NCBI GenBank assembly: GCA_000320545.1 | Contig: ADNK01003007.1 | Location: 3,928-67,927, forward strand | Length of the DNA stretch: 64,000 bases | Source of the DNA: Bigelowiella natans CCMP2755 | Taxonomy: Eukaryota > Protista > Cercozoa | Direction: 5' to 3' | Shown here: in pieces, positions 53,355 to 64,000 of the stretch | Numbering within the stretch: the first letter of the stretch is position 1 | How the letters are laid out: every line of letters starts with the position of its first letter | Made by a program: the position numbers and the translations under genes | Notes under the pieces: generated by a model | Told to the model about the DNA's origin: nothing | Database searches by the model: none | The model's input: the letters and a program-made list of their open reading frames with translations, nothing else

Positions 53355-55919
53355 TCAAATGTGCGTCCCTCTTGCCTCAAGGCATCAGTGAATACGATGA
53401 TGTGGGATGTGCTCTTAATAGCTATTCCCAGTATCATCGTCGCCGTCTTATCGTATGTTGCACACCGCCAAATGACACCAACAACAACAGGCTTTTGATA
53501 GCGGATACTGGCAATAATGTCATTCGCCTCATAAACCAAAAGTCCTCCGAAGTGACAACTATAGCGGGAATGAAGGTTATTGAGACAGAGATAGTGAGAG
53601 GAAGGGGGGGGGAGGCGTGGGATAGGAAGCGAAGCACGATCACGACAAAAATTAACCTTTGAGATCAGATCTACGCCTTAGAATATTCATGGTCCTTTTT
53701 CGTAAGTAGCATCATGATTGTGATCATCATCATCGTTGTTGTTGTTGTTGTTGTTCCCATTGGAAAGAGTGCTGGTTATCGTGATGGCGAGCTGTCCAAA
53801 GCCAAATTCAAGCGTCCTTCTCACGTCGTGTGTGGGAGAAATGAACGGGCATTCAAAGACCTGTAAGCGTCACTTCAGTGACTCTCTCTTCCACTATCTC
53901 TGTTCTCCTTCTCCTTTTCCGTTTGCTCCCTCTCTCACCCCCCCCCCCCACCCCTTTCTCCCTTTCCACCCTCTTTGCAAGTAGATGCACATGAGCATGC
54001 CTTGACACATGAAAAACAAAGACAATCAATGCCGTAGGTATGTTTGCGACAGCGGGAAGGAAGTATTCAGGCGAATCGATCTAGAGCGCAATGAGGTGTG
54101 CTCAAGCAAATGCGAAAGGGGGGGGGCGGGGGGGGGAGGGAAGGTTACGGAAAACAGCTCCTAGTAAACGTTGTAGTAGAGATTACCGGTATTCCGAATC
54201 GGACACTTTAAGAGTCAATAGTCTTCTTGGACGTGATGGCAGGTGACAACAATAGGAGGGGGCATGATCTTCAGTAAACCGTCTGCAATAACGGTCAGTC
54301 AACCCAAGTGCATATTTGAAAAGGAATTTAAACCTCTGAACGACAGCATATTCTAGCCTGCTGCATCATCATATCCGCTGTTCTTGCACAACGGCTGGTA
54401 GCCTCATACCGCTGCTTTACATCAAGAATTTTCCAATAGATTGACCGCTCTGGAGACAATATCTTCGTCTCTGACACGAACCGTGAGTTCCCAACAGCTA
54501 AACACGAGCACTGCTGTAAGTATATTCAATTTTGGATCTGATTATTCTCCCTTCCTCCTCTCCGTCTCCTCTAATGGCGTCTAGATCACATAGTGAGGTT
54601 GATTCAACGCACTGCCAGCAATGAGAAGGAGGTCATCTTATCGTATTGTATTCAAGCATTTCTGGGGAGAGTATGTGCGAGCGAAATCTATCGTACATTT
54701 TCATGTTATTGAATGTTCGCTGTGCTATCGTATTTGTTGTCGTGATCTGTAGGCAGAGGCCTTTGCGGGGAGTGGGTTCAAAGGTACTATCATTTTGTTA
54801 GGAAGTCTTAGGAAATTTACGACGAGAAAGAGCAAACAAACTGCTGTTGTACCACATAGTGTACGACAGCATTAGTTATGTTAAAGCTTTAGAGCTTTTA
54901 GCATCTCCATTCTCTATTTTTTACTTGATAGTAATTTGAATATTATTTTCAAATACATTCCCCCCCCACACCACCCCCCGTGCCGACTGACACGAATCCT
55001 CCTCAGGATATGCGGATGGGATCTCATCAAAAGCGCGTTTTTCGAAGCCAATTGGTCCAGTTATATTACCATTGATAATGATTATTCGTCAATATTATCA
55101 TTCTTATTCTCTACTCGAAATACGGAGGGGGGTGATTATTGAGCCGTGGAGGGTTGGAGTATGGAACTACTGATGCAAGATTACACTAATCAAGGGAAAT
55201 CAATCCATCAGGCTTATGCTGCGACTTCAAAGGCCGAGTTGTGGTCTTAGACTCACAAAATCACTGTCTTCGTCAGGTCCCTCTCGAATTCCATCTAAGT
55301 TAAAGCAAAATAAGATGTTAAGATAAACAATACCTTACCGTACTGACTGTTATATCAGAGGGGTAGTCTCTCCTCCCCCCCCCCAATGAAAAGCCTTTTG
55401 AGCGAAAAATATCATACTTTTTGCTTTCTGGCGCTTCTCTACGATGCGTTTTATTGATATTGATTGATAAATGGATGGAATCCTCTGGCAGAGAAAAGAT
55501 TCGTCTCTTTTCGTTTTTAAAAGGCGAATGCCTGGTTATGGCACTTTCAGCATCTTCTCCGGAATATATACGCGAACACGACTAAGTGTCGAGGATCATA
55601 TTGCTATTTCTTTTCCTTATGGGCGTTGTCGTTTAAATCTCATTTAGATGGTGTCGTATGGGAATGAACTCGTTCAGGACGATGATGGCAATCTTGTGCC
55701 TTTGTAAGCGCAGATCTAATCAACACAACTGGAGAATTTTCTAATTAGCACTACTAGAGAATGTGTGTGTGACGTATGAGTACAAATCGGCTAGATCATA
55801 ACTGTTTTTCGTTGTTGCAATGCCCCATTGCCCCTGCTCCCCCCCACCTGTGCAGGACTGCAGAGAACAAAGATATGATGGAAAACGATGATCTGAGACC
55901 ATCTCCACCAAAGTCGCAT

Positions 55920-55962
<43 letters not shown>

Positions 55963-57990
55963 CACGCGTAAGCAAATACTTGTCTTCCTGTCTATGTGCG
56001 CATGTGCATGCTCGTTGCTATATCCTCACCCTCACCACCTCCATCCTCACAGGTCTGATTTCCGCACACTCTTCCATGAGTTTGAGGGAAAGAGTGGGGA
56101 GACGGAGAAGGAGAGGGGGCTTGATAGGAGCTTAGACGATATATCAGACGATCAGGAGTGGATGGCTCAGAAGTTCATTAAGGAGGCTCGCGAGAGGATG
56201 AATAGAACGTAAAAAAAATCGTTCTTGCCATTCACTTGCCACGCACTTACACAGAGGCGGATATCTTGCTTGATAGTTGTCGTTTCTCTCCGCTCCGCTC
56301 CCTTCTCTTGATATTCTCTTGGCCTTTGTGTTTCCTCCTCTCGAATAGCTACCCAGGTCCTTTCCGCCCTGGAGATCTTGTGCGGTTTCAGAACATGACT
56401 TGCGCGTGCTGCAGGCTGGTATGAATGACGATCAAGACAATCATTACTCGCAAATCACATGTATTGTGCATTTTTTGAATGGTCTGCTGCTTTGCCCATG
56501 TGCAGGTGGAGGGGGAGAAAGGCTACGTCAAAAATGCGGTATTTTTGAACGGCACGAAGTACATGGTGGCCTTGAAGGGGGACCGGCGATTCGTCTTTCC
56601 CGTGTACACTCACCAGATTCGACTGCTTAGAAAAGGTAATGATGGTGTGTTGGTTTGTGAGCTGATGACACCCTATTTCTGAGAGGCCGCATTTCCTGCT
56701 TTCATTTTCGCGCGAGCGAGCCGTATCCCAGAGCAGAGCCATCGATTGTTTTTTAATTTGGGCCGGAAAGAAACCGCAATGAAACCGTCCATTTGCTACT
56801 TGGACATTTGGGAAACTCGTCACCTTCAGAACCTGCAGCGTGATTGCGAGCGCCATTCCTTTCCGCCTCTTTGTAGGTATCGGGATCTACTTTGACCCCA
56901 ACGACAAGGCGAATGACATTGATGCCTTCGGTCGGCAGCAGTTCCAAGAGGAGATGGAGCGACTCAGGAACCCTTCCAAAGAGAACGCTCGCTACTTCCG
57001 CGCGAAGAGGACTTTTCTTCAAAAACCCTGGTGGGTGAATAGTGGTTGGGGGTCAGGAGGGTGGTGATGCGACTGTACACCCAATCAACTAGCCGATTCT
57101 AGAGCGACACTACTAGCAATTGTCCAATGGTGTTGTAGCATTGCCCTGAGAAAGAAGCAAGCTCGTACACACAGCTTATTTGTTTCTAAACTACCGCTAG
57201 GGGGGAGGGGGGGGGGGGGGGGTAGACAATGGACTACCGGGATTTGTTATTGCTTTTGTAGCGCTATCATCATTTCGATCAATCGCCATCATGCATGATG
57301 CTTTCCATGCCGAGGAGAGCAACCACAGAACGGCAGCACCAACTAATAGGTACAACAAAACCAAAAGCTACAAGCTCAGAGCCCGCATGTGGACCCAGCA
57401 GGAAGTAAACAGGATGGTTCGGACGAATTGTAAGTACATCCCTCCAGTCAAAGTCGAGCGCTTTCATTTCATCAACTATAAGAATTACACAGAACGCGGC
57501 TTCTATCTATCTGGTGAGTGCCGCCATCAGTTCCGTCCCAAAATAATATTCGCAAGCATGTCTGAAAGGAGTAGATCGGCATTATTTTATTTTTGAAGAG
57601 AGTTCAGCGGAAAATCTAGCGCCTTTGTTTTGGAAGTCTTGTGCACGGCAACACGGTTGATTTCGAAATGTCTGTGTTGTAGAGCTAAATTTCACGGATC
57701 CAAACATTCGTCGGAAAGTGGAAATCATCGATCTGCAGCCAACCATCGATGGCATAAGGGCGAGGAATCGAAAGATGAACATCACTGACGCCGAAGACTA
57801 CGAAGATGACATCGTCGGGTTCCTTTCAGGAAAAAACTCTACGAAACGAAAAAGCAAAATTAAGAATGATAAAACGCGAGATTCTTCCTCGCACAATGAT
57901 AAAGAGTACAAAAGCACGACGGAAAAGTCGGAAAAAATTAGATTTTTATCCCACTTGTCGTCTAAAATCAAGAGACGACGAAAGGAATAG
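46984..57990 (+). CDS. Large multi-exon protein: B-box-like zinc finger, SAM domain, acidic region, NHL repeats, possible KOW/SH3-like barrel
   Basis: The zinc finger reads CDFCNK-AAARRYCFDCVASKYHCLQCDKDIH (~48085-48270). The SAM reads VEAWSVSDVFAW...GVNGTELLLLTE...RKKLIDAITKLK (~49440-49645). NHL exons over ~51930-55275 include DGAFPHARFNTPSGIAAD, IFVCDKENHRIR, LIADTGNNVIR, DGELSKAKFKRP and VVVLDSQNHCLR. The last exon ends at 57990. The true start is probably upstream (~46590-46730), and this could be two genes. Confidence 0.65.
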
Positions 57991-58999
57991 TAACAAGCTA
58001 TATTCTTCAAAAGTACCTATTGTTGGTATCACCGCATAGACGGACGGGCTCATGTGTGTGGTACGGTGCATTTCTTCCACGCTCGCAATGCATATATGGC
58101 TAGCTACCTGAAAGACCAAATGCGCAAGGCTATATAGCCTCATTGCAAATGACTGTCGCGTGCAGTACTTATGCAAAATGCCTATTTAAACGACGACTTT
58201 GTGCTGCTGCGCTCTAGCGCTAGCAGAATCTGCTCTAATCGCTTTCTCACGACATTAACATTTTTGCGAATTTTTTTTTGGCTGTGCTGCCCGCACAAAC
58301 AAAAAACGAATAGCGCGCACATGCGGAGACCACAATAGCGTATAAAAAAAGATACACGTGCGGCTGCGTAGATTTTTATTAACTACTGGCAAAAAAAACC
58401 GCAATGACTATAGATTTTATCGCGCTCCATCGAAACGCCAAATTTCGGGCTAGATAGAGCATCCAGGCAATGCAAATGTTAACTCTTTTATTGTTTCATT
58501 TGATTTCTAGAATTTGTGCAATCGCGCAAAAATTTTAAATGTTTGGTCTACCATCAAATTCCACATAAACCTACTGCGCTAGCTAGCTAGCAATAAATCG
58601 CAAAATTCGCGCTAGCGCGCCTGGAGTGAGTGCCGAGCAGTTGTAGTTTAAACTTTAGAAATCGAGACAATCTACATGTGACACGTGGACTTTGTCCGCA
58701 ATTCTGCATGCAAGATTTTCTTGTCATCTGACAATTAATGTCATATGCTTCGAAACACTGTGTATTACATGCTAAATACTGAGATACTGTGCAAACAAAC
58801 ACCCCGTTTTATTTTACCAAAATCAGGAGGTGATGAGACTGGGGTGACACACGGAGAAGAGAGTCTACAAACTTAAACTGTAAGTGGCCGAATAATCGTG
58901 TGCCGCTTGTGAGCGCTCGTAGCTATGAGTATTGGTAGAGTTCAATAGCATAGCTCATTAGTCTTCCCCATTGATTGATTGATATAGCTTCGTCATCGC

Positions 59000-59340
59000 C
59001 TACGTCCTTAATAATCCCTACATAGATGCACATATTCAACGATCATGTAAGGTGTTGGAAACAACGGCTACTACGGACGAGAATTTTATAAATGTGTTTT
59101 CCTCTAAATTGAGGCAGGCACTAGGCAACCGTCACAGGCAATGAGCACGTGCTCGGTCTTAAATTGCGAATTTGATTTAAAAAAAAAAACTAGCACATCT
59201 CACTGTATATTCAGACGAAAAGGCCACACCCTCTCCGCGGTTTCGTAGTAGATTGAATGCAGCATTTAATGATGCTACGTGGAGAGCGTGTATGCGTGTT
59301 TGTGCTCGTGCTAGTGTTAGCAGCTGCATGCATGCATGCA

Positions 59341-59380
<40 letters not shown>

Positions 59381-59525
59381 CCCTCGCTCCAAGCTCGTTT
59401 GGACAATCGACGACAATACAGATTCAAAGATCTTTGAGACCGCCTGGAGAAGGGGGGGGGAGTAGGAAGAAGAAGATGGGGATGACGGTGGTGATGATGA
59501 TAAGGGAAAGGGCGCAACAACAAAC

Positions 59526-59556
<31 letters not shown>

Positions 59557-59893
59557 CACACCTCCGTATCTAAAGCGCAAAGGCAGTGATGCATTAAAAT
59601 CCTCCTCGCATTCTTCGGAGCGGGGGCTCTGCTGAAAAAGGCCCCGGTTATGTACTCAAGGTTTTCCTCCTCATCTGCAAGAAACACAGGGGGGAGGGGA
59701 GAGGAAGACGTCGTCACGTCGAGGGTGGATGGACAAGGGTTAATTTTGCATATTCATTAGTTCTCTCTCGATGAAGATAGCGCGTATGATGCACACGAGG
59801 TTCAGTAGCCTGTCCGTCTATCTCCATCAACGTGCTTTGATGATACGAAAGGGGGAAAATACACACGCCTTGGAACGGCAAAGCACTGCAGAC

Positions 59894-59958
<65 letters not shown>

Positions 59959-60030
59959 CAACATATCGTAGCACTGGACGCGGCGACAGCGCAAGAAGAG
60001 AGAGGGGAAAGAAGGAGGGAGGGGGGGGGT

Positions 60031-60069
<39 letters not shown>

Positions 60070-60979
60070 TGCACCATGTAAATCTCCCTCGTACTCCGCG
60101 AATTCCTCGCAACGATTAATAGGCACTTCCTTTATCTTTTCCGTGAATAAGTCCATTTTATTGAGAAACAGAACGATAGGTTTCCTTTCCACAGCCTGAG
60201 AACCGTTGCAAGGACGGAAGAGAGGGTACGAGGGGGGGGGGGGGGGGCGAGGCGCGGGGCGATCAATCAATTCCATTCCATACAATTAAAGACGATGACA
60301 GATAGTTGCGTATGTGCTGTTCAAACTGAGGCATATTTGCCAGCAGCGCTATAAACCCAGCTTCGTATGCGTGTTACTGCTTTTTGGGAGATCTCGCTGC
60401 TATCCTTCACTGCTAATAATATCGCCATATCTCCGGGTGGCGGTATCTGCCATCCCATTCCCCCCTGACTTGCAATCCCACCTTCATGCTCGCTATTTGT
60501 TCGAAAAGCAGCAATGCGTCTGACATCTTGTTCTTCTTTCTATCCTCTTGTAACGACTCGTCGTAGCTGCCTGTGGAGAGGAAGGTTTGGTGTTAAGCGA
60601 ATATTGAATATCATATGTATAGCGTTTATATATATATGTATATGTATATATATATATATGATGCTCGGTCCCAACCGTGAACAACTATTTATATGCAACA
60701 AGTGCCGCTGGTACTGCTGCTGCCAACTTACAACGCATTATACTTGCTACCCCTACTACTACTACTACTACTACTACTACTATCACTACTTGCGTGTGGT
60801 TAAGTTGTTTAGTCCGTTTTTCATCGTGTGTGTTCTGTGTGATCATCGTCGTCATCGTCGTCATCGTCGTGGCAACTCACTCGTGTCCACAACGAAGAGT
60901 ATGCTCGAGCATCTATTTATGAATGGGATCCAGCTTCTCCTCTCGTCCCTTTCATTTGATATTGAGAGTACTTGTGTGT

Positions 60980-61010
<31 letters not shown>

Positions 61011-61299
61011 AGGCAGAGGGAGGGGGGGAGAATACCATTGTCCGCCGAGATCATATACAGAGCAGTCCATGCCTTGGTATTCAATGGCGCATTCAATATG
61101 ACCCACTGTTCTCTGCCTACACCTTAGAATGTCTTCTACTGTTGGACGGTAGTCCTGAAGGGGAGGGGGGGGGGGTAGCGAGAGAGCGAGTAGGAGGTGT
61201 TAGGAGTCGCACAAACCACGATAGATAGTTACGTCGTCGTTTTGTTTCAAAAAAAATAATGATAATCACGATTCGAATCCCAAGAAAGCACTTCTCATT

Positions 61300-61331
<32 letters not shown>

Positions 61332-62244
61332 GTGCCTCTGGTTTCTTGGCAGTCACCTGGTGCGCTATATCCTTCACTTTGTCCAAAAAGAACTTGGCGT
61401 TTTCGTTGAGGCGCTTTTTGAAGTGTTTTCTCTGACTGTACACTGCCTGGATGCCTGTAAGTGTCATCAACGCCAAACACAGCGTTTCGAGAAGTATTAC
61501 ATAATGTATGTGTGGAATGTACATATGCGCGAACAGAAGTCTAAGCTGTATATAACTCATAATATCGGCTTCTAGCACGGCCGATCATTTCGCATCAACA
61601 CACCTGTATTTTTCCAGAGCTCCGCGATCTTTGTAGCGAAGAAGACAAAAACGGAACAAACCAATACAAAGTGCGTGTTAGTTGCGAGTGGTGATGAAGG
61701 GAAGGGGCGGGGCGGTCCCTCCTCGAAATCAGGAGGAGACGAAGCCGAGAGCCAAGGGAAAAAGGAAATGTCAGAATCATACCAGCTCGCCCACAGAATT
61801 AATCCCGCTCAAGGGATTAGCGTTCTCCACGTAGGCATCAGCCTTTAATACTGTCTCCGCCATTTCCGCCCCCTTCTCGCCAAGCTCAAACTTCGCCTCC
61901 GACATCATAGACTTCTCCTCGGCGCTGGCTGCGGAACCACCGCCAGATTTCTTCGCTCTCTCGTGCAATGTTTTGCTTTCTTCTATCAACGTCTGCATGT
62001 ATTCCAGAACTCGAGTACGAATGATCCTACCGAAGGAGGCGTAATCTCCCTCGGAGAACCCCGCACCAAAAGATATGAGCAGCTGCTTCGAGAGCGTTGA
62101 CTTACCGCTACCCGCGGAGCCGAGGAGGACCACCTAAATCGGTGCGCATTAATATTCACATTTCCTATACCTTGGAAATCATGCACAATGAAATCCGGAA
62201 TCGGATAAAATTCGAGCGCGCGCGCGCGCGACACAAACACACAC

Positions 62245-62285
<41 letters not shown>

Positions 62286-62469
62286 TATAAAATCCGTATG
62301 AGATTATTCATAGAACTAGGACTTCTTACTGTACAGATAAATAGAATAGTACACACTTACTAGTAATTACTAGTCAGTCGTTTAGAAAAAATGGTAATAA
62401 TAATAATAATACTGTGTTCTTGATGGGCGTTGACTGAGGCTCGGAGACTTCAGATGAGCACACCCCCAT
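59000..62469 (-). CDS. Heterotrimeric G-protein alpha subunit (divergent)
   Basis: The start MGVCSS (62469) fits a myristoylation/palmitoylation motif. The G boxes read G1 LLGSAGSGKST, G2 RCRQRTVG, G3 YDLGGQWDERRSW, G4 PIVLFLNKMDLF and G5 HCLCALDT. The C-terminus LERG-GLLRT* uses a terminal coding exon at 59000-59017. Confidence 0.92.
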
Positions 62470-63553
62470 CCTTGAACGCCAATGATCTCCGTCACGTTAT
62501 ATATTGCAGCAGCTCCTAATAGGATTCCTACCTAAAAGTATTTTTTTTAATCCGAATCAGGAATAACTTTTAGGAGCGATGACGATTCTCAAGGTACAAT
62601 AGTTGGGGGGAATCATGTATTGAGAACATGTGTCTACGGCCCAATCAAGTAAAGCACGCACATAAAAATTGTCATGGCAGGCGCATGCGGCCTCTGGGTA
62701 TTCTGAATCCTGTTATACTCTCGTTGCTGAAGCAAGATCTGCGAACTCAATCGCTGTTTGTGTGAAATTTCAATTCCTATCTTAAGAGAGACTCTTTGAA
62801 GTCCCTTCCAATACATCGTAACGGCTTAAAACATGTGCAGTTCTAGACCAATTTTTTTTGGAAAATCCGATGTATCACGTTCTGTACTCTCGAAATAATG
62901 ATCGGTGAGTGCTAGAGCTTTGGGGGGGGGAAACACCAATGTAGTGCTGTCAGATATTTCTCCTGTGAGAGAAACGCTGTTCGTTTGTTTTACATAGGAT
63001 TTCTTAATTGCGACATGATCAAAACTCGAATATACTCTAAATACTGCCACAAACTTTCCAGGTGAAAAGCAGTCTCGAGCATCCCGACTACCATGATAGT
63101 TATACTAAACGACATACATAGGTTGATGTCGTATGTGAACCTAAACCCAACAGCAACAGAATTACGCATAATTATCTCTTGAGAGTCTCTCCAATAATCA
63201 CCGATTGATATTGCGACGTATCGGTCTCTTTCGTCCACATGAGGAGAGTTCTAGAAATACAAGGCAACATCTATGTCGTAGATTGTAAATGTTATGTAAG
63301 GCAAAAAAAGGCGCGAAAAAACGTTGTGAAACTTATAAGTCCATCCGAACTCATCGTTCTGCCCGATGTTCTTGCTTTCCCCTAGATTTTACCCCAAGCG
63401 GCACGAAAATTCAAAATTCCCCCCTTCCAAATGCAGAATGGGCTACGGAGATCTGGAGATAGTGGGGTTTGAGGTACGGGGAAATGTTATACAACGACAA
63501 ATAATATTCATTGTCGCTTCCAATTAACATCACGTTTTGCAACGTCTCTACAG

Positions 63554-63955
63554 CTCCACAAACCCTCGGCCTCGGTCTGCTCCGATGTTAAGTTTGAGAA
63601 TGGGTCCCTCCACCCTCGACGACTGCCGTCGTCATAATAGTGGCATACGCTCAACTGGGATGGCCATCTCTCTTCCAAAACTCAGATCAATAGCGCGAGC
63701 AGAAGCGGCTGCTGTTGATTCAAGTGTCGCGCCTATGATTCCAGCAATGGCCGCGGCATCTCCCGCGTTGTTCACTCCATCATCCACTCCAACTAATGCA
63801 CATTCAACAACATCAGCCCCACGACTACTGAGCAACAGCAGCCGAATCGCAATCGTTCCTCAGGCACATGTTCATTATCGCACCGTCTATGACAGCTACT
63901 TCTTTCGGTTGTACAGAGAAATCAATACAAAGCACTGCCCCCCCCCTCCCCCTCA

Positions 63956-64000
<45 letters not shown>
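63554..64000 (+). CDS. Possible 5' exon of a further gene running off the window
   Basis: After an AG acceptor at 63553, a Ser/Ala/Pro-rich frame (MLSLRMGPSTLDDC...) shows no stop. A GT donor lies upstream at ~63474. I recognised no homology. Confidence 0.3.

Noticed and set aside
25586-62363. Many ORF-track entries with poly-(CV), (YI), (SL), (ER), (HT), H or P tracts
   Set aside because: They are translations of intronic microsatellites or antisense frames, not proteins.
62560-63260. Three overlapping short minus-strand ORFs upstream of G-alpha
   Set aside because: I found no recognisable motif or convincing splice pattern, and cannot tell them from promoter DNA or a decayed fragment.
63311-63320. 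E2F-like site GCGCGAAA
   Set aside because: A single short match is expected by chance, and there is no supporting evidence.

Overview
This is eukaryotic nuclear DNA, not prokaryotic. It is gene-dense and very intron-rich, with short GT-AG and some GC-AG introns full of microsatellites. The style suggests a protist such as a chlorarachniophyte, but the taxon is a guess. Most ORF-track entries are exon fragments or microsatellite noise, so I spliced the gene models by hand and internal boundaries are approximate. I find about nine genes, mostly in head-to-head pairs: (1) a minus-strand probable 2-TM membrane protein; (2) a minus-strand signal peptide + RCC1-like propeller + Pro/Thr stalk + multi-TM protein; (3) a plus-strand signal peptide + NHL + stalk + REJ + GAIN/GPS + 7TM adhesion-GPCR/polycystin-like receptor; (4) a minus-strand TPR + SET (SETD3/Rubisco-LSMT type) methyltransferase; (5) a plus-strand R3H/R3HCC1-like protein; (6) a minus-strand DysF + PDZ + EF-hand-like protein; (7) a plus-strand signal-peptide hypothetical protein; (8) a plus-strand B-box + SAM + NHL protein; (9) a minus-strand divergent heterotrimeric G-alpha. 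The most unusual signal lies downstream of gene 3. An inverted, decayed copy of part of its coding sequence sits in a TpA-depleted, CTAG-enriched island, and all four clearly aligned TpA sites not followed by G have become TpG or CpA. This suggests a context-specific A-to-G hypermutation process acting on non-coding or duplicated DNA, opposite in direction to fungal RIP.
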